Shown: positions 11,932 through 22,002 of the stretch, piece by piece
Layout of the letters: each line of letters opens with the position of its first letter
Numbering within the stretch: position 1 is the stretch's first letter
Assembly: GCA_028534125.1 (NCBI GenBank)
Contig: CM052817.1
Location: 96,102,001-96,166,000 of the forward strand
Reading direction: 5' to 3'
DNA length: 64,000 nt
Source: Lama glama
Taxonomy: Eukaryota
Position numbers and translations under genes: made by a program
Notes under the pieces: model-generated
Told to the model about the DNA's origin: nothing
Database searches by the model: none
Seen by the model: only the letters and a program-made list of their open reading frames with translations

Positions 11932-12443
11932 TTTTGTTTGTTTGTTTTGGGGGGTTTTTTGGTATTATTTTTAGAAACTTATTTATTTTTGTTGAAGTAT
12001 AGTTGATTTACAATGTTGTGTTAGTTTCTGGTGTACATTTTGATTCAGTATATATATGTATATATTCTTTTTAATGTTCTTTGTCATTATAGGTTATTAC
12101 AAGATAATGAATAAGATTCCCTGTGCTATACAGAAGGTCCTTGTTGTTTTTCTATTGTATATATAGTAGTGTGTATCTGCAAATCTTGAACTTCCAATTT
12201 ATCCCTCGCCCACCTTCCCCTTTGGTAACCATAAGTTTGTTTTCCATGTCTGTGAGTCTGTTTCTGTTTTGTAAATAAGTTCATTTGTGCCATTTTTTTT
12301 CAGATTCCACATATAAGTGATATCATATGATATTTGTTTTTCTCTGTCTGGCTTACTTCACTTAGTATGATCATCTCTAGGTCCCTCTATGTTGCTGCAA
12401 TGGTATTATTTCATCATTTTTATGGCTGAGTAATATTCCATTG
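11932..12443 (-). mobile_element. Artiodactyl LINE-1 3' end
   Basis: T-rich tail, then TTGAAGTATAGTTGATTTACAATGTTGTG..GATTCCACATATAAGTGATATCATATG; TSD AGTTA(C/T)AC(C/A)TTTCTT at 11917-11931 and 12444-12458. Confidence 0.88.
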
Positions 12444-14221
12444 AGTTATACATTTCTTAAATGAATGCATTGGCTCATCTTCTCTGCTTGGTTAGTGTGA
12501 TTCAGGGACCTTAAGCCTGATTTTTATATCAAGATAAACTGAAGAAAATCCTGTTTCTTGACCTATAGAGTCAAGTACAGCTTGAAGTACACCAGCCCCA
12601 CCAAAATGAGCACCTGGTGATGCCCTAAATCACATTTCTGTTTCATTTCACTCTAACTGCCAAGTACACACCCAGAATTTTGATAAAGTTCATTCAACTC
12701 AGCACCATCCTATTGCTCAAGAAGGCCACTGATCGCAAGGGCAAAATCCATGTACCCACCTCAGGATTTAATCAATGTTAACATTTTATTATTTTGCTTC
12801 ATGTATATATATTTTTATTGTAGGAAATAAAATGTGCTGTGGTGAACTTTGTACCCTTTCATGATCCCATGCTCCTCCTTCTCTCCTTTTCTTCCGGAAG
12901 TTACACTATCTGTGGTTAGTATGCATTGTTTTATCTGTGTTTTTGTATTTTTACTAAATCTTTTGAACATATAAGCAATATAATATGGTTTTATAAATGT
13001 TTCAGCTTTAGATGTGTGGTATTCTCTCTCTATTATTCTGTCCCTTGTTTGTTGACGTAGTATTGCTTCCTAGACCTATGTAGCTTTACACAGGAGTACT
13101 TACACTTGAAGTTTTCATATGCATACTCAGCAACAAGGTTCTCCAGTCATCTCAAGCTAGCCACTGTCTCTGTTCGCTGCCTGCACAAGACAAAGACCGG
13201 CCTGCTTTTAACCACATCCTAAAAACCCTTCCATCACCTTTCCCATTATTGTTGTTTGAAATTTAATTCTTACTTATGAATACAAAATTTCCGCATTTTT
13301 AATTTTACCAATTTATATGTTATTGTTACATCCCTCTCTACCTCTCTGGGTGCAATTTCTTTCTTACTGAATGACCTCCTTTTACCATTGTTTCAGATCA
13401 TCCTGAAGTTTCAGTGTCCTCTTGACTGAAAATCCACACCACGTTTTTCACAAAATGGGATTATATTATAAATATAGTGTGAATTTTCTTTTTGTTGAAT
13501 GATAAATATAGTTCTACAGATACATTTCTAAAGCCCATTTAGTTCTGTAATTTAACCCACTGATTCCCCTGTTGGTCAATATTTAAGTTGTTCCCAAATA
13601 TTTACTAATCAAAATAACACTGGAGTGAGTAGCCTGGGGTACCTGGGTCTTTGTGCCCTTGATTGGTTCTTGTCTTTGGTTAAATTCCTGATCATTTCAT
13701 AGTAAAAGCTACATACATTTCAAATTTTGATATATATTATTAATGTGCCTTCAGAAAAATTGTTACATTTCTGCCAATGTTGGATGTTTTTCTAATTTTC
13801 CAACATTTCATTCAATATAAGTTTATCAATCTTTAAAATTTTTTCACCCATTTTTCTTTGATTAATAGTAATGTTGCGAGGCCACACTGACTTCCCTCTG
13901 TTCACAGAAGACACTTTGATCCTTGTTGCCTTGTGGTTCTTCATACATGCTCTTCCTTTTGCCCAGAATATGCCCCACTTTTTTTTTTCATTAAATACTC
14001 TCAGAAAAAAAAAACCTCCCAGATATATTTCATGACATTGAAAACATAAAGGATAAAATGTTAGAGGTCGGTCTGTACTTAGAAAGGAGTGGGACAATTT
14101 GCCAAGATGTTGAAAAGATGCTTGTTCCATGTTGTAAATTTGCCTCACTTTCTTGTCAACTTTCAGACCTCATCGTCAGGATCCCTCAGAGAAGCCTTCC
14201 CTGGATCCCAGATTAGTTTAG

Positions 14222-14721
14222 NNNNNNNNNNNNNNNNNNNNNNNNNNNNNNNNNNNNNNNNNNNNNNNNNNNNNNNNNNNNNNNNNNNNNNNNNNNNNNN
14301 NNNNNNNNNNNNNNNNNNNNNNNNNNNNNNNNNNNNNNNNNNNNNNNNNNNNNNNNNNNNNNNNNNNNNNNNNNNNNNNNNNNNNNNNNNNNNNNNNNNN
14401 NNNNNNNNNNNNNNNNNNNNNNNNNNNNNNNNNNNNNNNNNNNNNNNNNNNNNNNNNNNNNNNNNNNNNNNNNNNNNNNNNNNNNNNNNNNNNNNNNNNN
14501 NNNNNNNNNNNNNNNNNNNNNNNNNNNNNNNNNNNNNNNNNNNNNNNNNNNNNNNNNNNNNNNNNNNNNNNNNNNNNNNNNNNNNNNNNNNNNNNNNNNN
14601 NNNNNNNNNNNNNNNNNNNNNNNNNNNNNNNNNNNNNNNNNNNNNNNNNNNNNNNNNNNNNNNNNNNNNNNNNNNNNNNNNNNNNNNNNNNNNNNNNNNN
14701 NNNNNNNNNNNNNNNNNNNNN
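14222..14721. other. Assembly gap (500 N)
   Basis: Run of exactly 500 N. Confidence 0.99.
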
Positions 14722-15039
14722 GGAGCCTAGGGCAGGGCAAAATTCCGGCTGAGGTCAGGTGCAGCGACTCCCAAGGAATCCATGAAGGAAGCCAGATCTT
14801 AGCCAAAAGTATGGAGTTAACATACACTGCACCGAACACAAACGCTACTAAAAATGACTGGATAAATTATGCAGAGGGATTTCTGGATTTCTTTCAAGTA
14901 ATTAAGTTTCGATTTCTTGCATTTATTTTAGTTCCAGGAAGCGCAAGGCGCCATGGATTGCAGAAGTCTTCATTGATTGTTCCAATGCTTTAAGTTTGAT
15001 TTCGTGACTGGACTTAACTTTGGGAAGAGGTAAACACAC

Positions 15040-15630
15040 GGACCAAGGAAACTCACTGCGACGAAAAATAACAGTGTCGTTGGGGAAAGTAAACACTGGG
15101 GTGCTTGCCTGCGGGCGGAACTCGGAGGTCTCCCTCCCCTCCCCCTCCTCTGCCCTCGAAAGTGGCGCGCCAGAGGGGGAGGGGAGAAGCAGGTGCGAGC
15201 TTGTGTGAGTGTGCGTGTTAGCACGTGTGTACCTGCGTGCGTGGGCGTGCGAGTGTGCCTCTGGGTGTGTGCCCGTGCCCGGGATGTGTGAATTCACGTC
15301 CCCGCGCTCTGGGGAGTGCGGAGTTGGATACCGAGTACTCACTCCTTCCCTCCTGCAGAGGTTAATTTCTGTTCAATTCTGCGCCATTTGTGTGTCCTCC
15401 AAAGGTTGGTCGACTCCGGTGGGTGCAATCAGCCGTCCCCGCGTGCGGGTTCCTCGCCACACTCGGCCTCAGCCAGCCGACCCGGCGGAATCCGGAAGGC
15501 GGTTAGGAGCCCCGGGGGCATTCCGCGGGCCTGGGGCTGGCTGCGTCCCGCGGCCCCTTCTTCCCGATCTGCTTTATTTGAAATTCTGCTCTGCGCCCTC
15601 CCCTCCACCGGGGAAGGGTTCCTTTCCGCC
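15040..15630. promoter_or_regulatory. Upstream CpG island
   Basis: Dense CpG and high GC about 5.5 kb upstream of the POU4F2 TSS. Confidence 0.7.
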
Positions 15631-18600
15631 GTGCCTCCTCTCAGCCTCTTGTCCCCTGCCCAGCCGCTGTTCTCAGTCCAGTCCAGAATTATCTAGAGAG
15701 AGCCCCACTTGGCTCGTTCAGCGACTACAGGGCCCTGGCCCTGGAGCAAGTCTTTCCCTGCCTTCAAAGTGCGCCCTCCGGAGCGCTAATAGCCACTTGT
15801 TTCTCGTCCCCTTCCCTTTTCCCTGCCAGACTTTGATGGGAGGGCAGGAGTTTGCAAGCCCGAATTTCAATATAGAAGGGCCTGGGAACTGCCTGATACA
15901 GAGGTTTCCGGAGACACTCGCTGACTGCTTGCAGTGGCATTGAGAGTGAGAGAGAGTCAGCCAGGAAGGCACCGAGTCGAGCTGTGTCATCAGGCAGGGG
16001 GATGCCTGGTATCTTTGGGCAAAAGAGGGGCTTCTTCAAATTTCTAAGCGAGGGGGACTTGAGACTCACGGCGAGCCAATGGAGAGAGAAAGTAAGAGAC
16101 AAAAGCAAGAGCAATGGTGGACTTGCTCGGAAGAGGAAAGATGTTTGAGCAAAATGCACCCGTACTCCTCAAACTTAGCCCCAGGACGTGAGAAACCCAG
16201 GAAAGCCTTCCTGACCAGCATTCCGCTCTGTGACCAGCTCTCTGTACATTCCCAGAGGTCTTAATTTCAGGGAAAATTCCCTCCTATTTTCTTCCTTGGA
16301 ACAGCCAAGGCCAGGGAGGAGTTTAATCACCCCATATCCTTCTTCCCCAAGCTACAGAGTGCAGAGAGAGCTCAGAGGGTCTGGCTTTATTCAGAATCCA
16401 GAGTGGATTGACCTTGAGAAGATGGGATGAGGGAGAACCCATGCTTTCCCTCTTTCCTCCTTCAAGCCCTGTCTATCCGAGATCGACATGGTGTATGGAT
16501 AGGGCCAGATCTGTCCTTTAAGAAATCTTCCTATAATCCAACTCAATTCTGTTTGAAATACAGAAAAATCATACTGCCCTTAATGGATTAAAATTTAATA
16601 AAACACATTAGGTCCAGTAAAATATGAATGCACTGCTTAAAATTTTAATAGTAAATTAGGTCCCAGATACAGGGGAAGAGACAGTGATTACTCCCCTCGG
16701 GATGGCTGCGGGCTGATTTCGGGGTGGGGGGCGCCTACTGCAGGGACCCCACTGTCGGGGAGCTTAGGTGGAACCTCAAGCGATTCTTCGCGTGCCCGAA
16801 GGGAAGCTGGTCACATCTGTGCACATCTGGCAGCAGTTGGGACAGAAGCTATTGTCAAACAAAGAGGCCTGGAGAGAAGAAAGGCGCTCCTTGTGTAGTC
16901 ACACAGTTGATTCATTTTCCACTTCTCTGCTTAAAAACAAACAAACAAAAAACCAAATCACTTCCCTGTTTTCAGTTTCTTAGGTAGGTCCGAAGGTGTG
17001 CAGAGGCGCCAGCGTGTATAGGTGCTTGGGCATAAAAGTGTGTATTGAGATCATGTGAAGCAGATTTCCAGTGTGGATCCGTTCACTGCCATCCTTTGGG
17101 TTCATTCCCAACTTTCCAGTTGTTTAGATGGTTTCTGCTGTTCCAGGGGACTGGAGACTTACTTCCTCAGAGAGCAGCTTCCACACTTGCGGAGTTCTTC
17201 ATTGCCTGTGGGCAAAACCGAAATGGGTTTTATTGATATCACCGCAAAGATTTTGGTATTCTGAACACTTCTGTTAGTAGAGATTGTAAGACTGCAGGTC
17301 ATGGTGATGAAGGAAGAAGAACTGCATTTTCCCTCTAATACAACACAATCACTGCTGTTGATTTTTCACTAGGAGTGAGAAAAGGGAAAATTTAACTGTA
17401 ACCTGTTTTTTTTTTTAAGTCTGTGTTTTCTGAGAAGTGAATACAGATAAACTCGAATTGCTCTACAACTGCAAATTAATTTATCTCACCTTGATAATTA
17501 GAATAAAGGGCTTCCCTTTTTTCCTCCCTAAAATTAGAGATATCACTGAGAGATATCTGGAAGATTTTTTAAAGTTATATTAATTTAATGATATACGGAT
17601 TTTACTCATCAGGAAAATATTCTCTTGGGAGTTGTCTTGCTTAAAACAGTTTTAGTCACTGAATTCCATATCAAACAAAGTTTGTCCAGTCATTTTCACA
17701 GTGCCCTCTTTATTTCATGAATTTATTATACTACCTTATTTACCATATGAAGTGGTGACAAGTGTTTAGCATTTTGGAGATCAGTTGTCAGTTGCTATTA
17801 AAATCAAGATTAATTCATATTAACGATATGCATTTCTCAATACTCCCAGGTGACAACATACATTAAAACAACTATTGCAAGTAATTAAGCTCAATGAAGG
17901 GGGAGGGGACAGGGAGAGGTTCAAAACACCCCCCAAATACTTGATTTTGCAATCCAAGTTCAGCAGACTGATGCCACAATAATGCTTGAGAAACTCCTCA
18001 GGGTTGCTTTTCAGTTTACATCTAATTAGGCACCTAATGAAAGAGAAGAATTTTTTTCCCCTTGTGGTTTTTTCTCTCCTTGATATTCTTATGCCTTTAT
18101 TTAAACACATAAACACACTGTTTAGGAGGTGCAATACCCACAAGTTTCTCCCGTGGTTCACTTAGCACTATAATCTGGGGCAACTAGGTGGATGTAGACA
18201 TTTGTCTTCCAGTTATTTTCCTCCTCCACTCTCACTTTTAGCTCTTTGGTCCTTACACAGTACTGAGAATATATATCCAAAATATTTTAACAGATTTTAT
18301 TAGGCTTTAAAGATGCTCAACAGTTTATACTAATTAGACCATCCAAAGCCTTTTGAAGATTAAGCAAATTGGACAACCCTGGTTAATTAGAACATAATTT
18401 GAAGTTTGAAATTATATCACTGATGAAGTAGTCTAATTAGTATGACGATATGTTAATGGACCAGCGAGACCCAGCAACAGTGGAGTTTGGAGTGAAACTC
18501 TCCAAGGCTTACGCGAAAATCCTCCCTCCTATAACCGCCATTAATAAAAGATTTCTATAGACTTCAGCCTTTCCACGATGACATACAATTTATAGTACAC

Positions 18601-19167
18601 ACAATGCATTAGCTCATAGTGCTGCTCAATTTTTTCACTATTATGAAAACTAATAAATTCGTCAAGCTGAATTAAGCATACAAATCAGATGAGGCATAGC
18701 AGATTACACAGTGAAGCGCGGTGTCTCCCGAGCCTAAATGAAATTTCAATCTAATAATTCCTTCCTGGCCCAGTCATAATTTGTTTAGAGATGTTGTTCT
18801 ACTTCTTTCAAAGCGCTATTCGCACTATAATTAAATGATACTCAAGCCTTTAACTTTGATTTATTTCATTTCTCGAAGCTTGAGACAGTGAGAGCTGTAC
18901 AATGTCAATTTTTTTTATTTCTTTGAAAATTACCCTGGCTGTTGCTGAGGTAGAAATTAAACACCTAAGCATTTACTTGAACCATCCGGCACAAGGCACG
19001 TTCATTTATGTCAACACCCCCTCTCCAGTCCCTTGTCCAGGATTCTCCGAGCTCCTGCTCCGGAACACTGCTGGTAGGAATCCCCCTTTGGCTACTATTT
19101 ATTATTTTCCTCCACTTAGGGGAGGAGAAAGGCAAGCCCAGGAGTATTCCAAGAAAGCGCAAGGGGT

Positions 19168-19188
19168 TTAAGCACCACGGACAGAGCC
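19168..19188 (+). promoter_or_regulatory. RE1/NRSE (REST binding site)
   Basis: TTAAGCACCACGGACAGAGCC, 19/21 match to the consensus TTCAGCACCACGGACAGCGCC. Confidence 0.8.
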
Positions 19189-19631
19189 CGCCGTTTGCTG
19201 CAGTCTTCCTAGTACTCCGGCAACTCCCGAGGACCGTGCTCCCGACTTGAACCTGCCCTCCCGCCCCGCGGGGGTCATGGGCGAACAGGCGGCCCCCTAC
19301 TTGCCGCCTCCGGGGGGCTTCCAGGCGCTGACCACTCGAGGGCCCCCCTTCGCCACGCTCCTTCCCACTCTGTTTTGTCCCCAGCGCGCGCCAGCGCCTC
19401 TCAGGCCTGCCTCCTGCTCTTGCACCTGCTCGCCTTCCCCAGGCACCGTGTTCCTGCACCTGCTCCCAGCCACCCCCGTCCTGGTTGGGCCACCCGCGGG
19501 CTCAAGCGTACGGGTCTCAGGGCTTTCTCACCCTCGCCTGCACCTTCTTCCACGCTCTGGGGAGGTGACAGCAGCCCCCAACACCGAGGGAAGTAGAGAG
19601 AAGACCGGAGCGGAGAGGAGAGGAAGGCTGG

Positions 19632-19633
<2 letters not shown>

Positions 19634-19671
<38 letters not shown>
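19634..19671. repeat. (GT)14(GC)4 microsatellite
   Basis: Read directly from the sequence. Confidence 0.95.
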
Positions 19672-19851
19672 CTGTGTGTAGGAGAGGTTGTCTACTTCTT
19701 TTACAACTGGAACTAAGAGTGTGTGCCCACTTCTAAGAAAAGTGGTCCGCACTGGTACAAAAGTGCTAGCGAAGTGTTGGCTAAAAATAGGCTGTCTCTT
19801 CACCGAGTGGCTGGAAATGAAGATAAGTGGGGCTTGTGCCAGCCCCTGAGG

Positions 19852-19893
19852 GTGTGTGTGTGTGTGTGTGTGTGTCTGTGTGTGTGTGTGTGT
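19852..19893. repeat. (GT)n microsatellite with one interruption
   Basis: Read directly from the sequence. Confidence 0.95.
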
Positions 19894-20976
19894 TGGGGTG
19901 AGGGGGATGTTCTGCAGCACATGCGCTGTGTGATCTCTGGCCCTGCCTCTCCGTCAATTGCCCCTTCCTCCTTTGATTGTGGCTAATGAAGAATAATAAA
20001 TCCAGTGGCAAGGTTTACCAGTGGATCTGCCCAAGACCCAACTCACACTGAACTGGAGACAGGAGGGAGGAGGAAGATCCGGAGGAAGAGAAAAGAGGGT
20101 GGAGAGGAGTGTATGTCGGTGGTGGCGTTGGGGGAGTACAAGGGGGCCTGGGAAGGGGGGGAGGAGTCGCATGCGCATAGGCGACCGAAGCCGGCTACAA
20201 GGCTGTCCAATCCGCTGAGAGCTGTGAGAAAACGAGTGAGAGAAAGCCCTGCAGCCCTGTGGACCCTAGGTCTCTTCGGCACCAGACACCCGCCGGGCGA
20301 AGGGTCGCAGAGCCGAGCGCCTACCGCTACGCGTACCAGGCGGAAGCGCAGGGCAGCGGGGAGGATCCCGATCGGCGGCAGCGACCGTGTCCTCCACTGT
20401 GGTCGCGAGCCAGGGATCAGGGTCACCTGAGCTGCAGGGAGGGGCAGGCTGAGTTGGGGGCGGAGGCCTGGAACTTAGCGGTAAGCAAGAGGCGGGGGAG
20501 GCAGCCAGGTAAGAGGCGTTCCTTGTAGTGGGAAAACCTCACCCGAGGCTTCCCTGGCCCGCAACTTTATTTAGGAGTTTCTTTTGCCGGCGAGGCAGAG
20601 ACGCGGCGGAAGAAGCAGAAGGGGCTGGAGGGCGGCTCTTAGGTAGGAACTGCCCCGCGACTAGAGTGCAGACCTGTCCAGCAGGGTGGGGTTGAGCAGG
20701 GGCGCAACTGTAAGTGAGAGCTGCGGCCCGCCGGGTAGGGGCGGCGGCATCCGAGGGCGGGCGGGGGTAGGAAGCGGGGTGTGGAGGGCGCGGAGGGGGA
20801 GCGGGAGGCGGATGTCAGGAAAGCAGAAAGGACCAAAGCCTGGAGGAGGCAACCAGGGAGCTGGGGGACGCTAGAATCTGAGGAGGAGAAACCGGCTCTT
20901 CCTGGCAGGGGAGGGCGGAGGCGCGCGAGAGGGAGGGCGGGCGGGGGGTGCGGGGGCAGGCGCGGGGAGAGAGGAG

Positions 20977-21012
20977 TATAACTCCGCGGCCGCGAAGAGC
21001 GGGGGCAGTTTC
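20977..21012 (+). promoter_or_regulatory. POU4F2: POU4F2 core promoter: TATA-like box and initiator (TSS about 21007)
   Basis: TATAAC at 20977 lies 30 nt before CA(+1)GTTT; upstream GC boxes; the following sequence resembles the recalled human POU4F2 mRNA 5' end; no ATG in the 244-nt leader. Confidence 0.7.
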
Positions 21013-21250
21013 GGGCGCCCAGGTCTGCAGCCAGCGGCAAGCGGAGCCCAGCATCCGCTCAGATTGACCGCGGAGCCAGCGCAGGAGCGCGTAGTCGGGG
21101 CAAGGCGAGAAGAGCTTGGAGCAGCGGAGAGTGAGCGCAACTTTGCATCTCCCTTCCCCGCTCTCGCTCCCGCCCAGCACTTCTCAGGAGGGTCCCGGCC
21201 GCCGGGGCCAGTGAGTGCGCTACGGACAAACGCCCGGGCGGGCGGGGAAG

Positions 21251-21535
21251 ATGATGATGATGTCCCTGAACAGCAAGCAGGCTTTCAGCATGCCTCACGG
21301 CGGCAGCCTGCACGTGGAGCCCAAGTACTCGGCATTGCACAGCGCCTCGCCCGGGTCCTCTGCACCCGCGGCGCCCTCCGCCAGTTCTCCTAGCAGCTCG
21401 AGCAATGCTGGCGGCGGTGGTGGCAGTGGCGGGGGCGGTGGAGGCCGGAGTAGCAGCTCCAGTAGCAGCGGCAGCAGCGGCGGCAGTGGCGGGGGCTCCG
21501 AGGCGATGCGGCGAGCGTGTCTTCCAACCCCACCG
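21251..21535 (+). CDS. POU4F2: POU class 4 homeobox 2 (Brn-3b), coding exon 1 (95 aa)
   Basis: MMMMSLNSKQAFSMPHGGSLHVEPKYSALHS..Gly/Ser tract..AMRRACLPTPP, followed by donor GTGCGT at 21536. Confidence 0.97.
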
Positions 21536-21830
21536 GTGCGTATTTCTGCATAATCACCGCTTAAAGGCACATTTTGACAGCCCCCTTTATCTGCTTGATG
21601 TTTTTTTCATGTCTGCACAGCAAATCACCCCACACCTCCAACCAGTTTTCCCCTCTCTCTCTCTCTTATGTATTCAGCGGGTCTTTCCTTTCATATTAAT
21701 TTTTATGACCTGGAATGCGTTGCCTGTGCGCGTGTTACGTTGTGTTGTGTTTGCAGGTTCACTTTCCTCCTCCTCGTGATCTCTTGGCTTCTCTCCGTGG
21801 CTCCTCTCCTCCTCACCTGCTAGTTTCAGG

Positions 21831-21879
<49 letters not shown>

Positions 21880-22002
21880 ATTTTAACGTTCTGGGAATGT
21901 TGTAGGCGCGGCGGCGGTGTCGAGCGCTGGGCCGTTGCTTCCGGAGAGAGTGCGCACAATTCCCTGCTGAGAGTAATGTGTGCCTTTTACTTGCAATTGC
22001 AG
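21536..22002 (+). other. POU4F2: POU4F2 intron (467 nt, phase 0, GT-AG)
   Basis: GTGCGT..CTTTTACTTGCAATTGCAG; splicing joins LPTPP to SNIFGGLDESLLARAEALAAVDI and restores the POU-IV box. Confidence 0.95.
21831..21873. repeat. (ATT)14 intronic microsatellite
   Basis: Read directly from the sequence. Confidence 0.95.

Noticed and set aside
12699..12710. TCAGCACCAT as an RE1 site
   Set aside because: Left half only; no GGACAG right half
14089..14839. 213-aa and 208-aa ORFs
   Set aside because: Artefacts of translating the N gap; the same applies to 41658-42269
15163..15182. CTCF-like site GCGCCAGAGGGGG
   Set aside because: Two mismatches in the core, including the conserved C of GGC; chance matches are common in CpG islands
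15209..15943. 244-aa ORF in the upstream CpG island
   Set aside because: Low-complexity Pro/Arg/Gly/Cys composition expected from stop-poor GC-rich DNA; non-ATG start; no homology recognised
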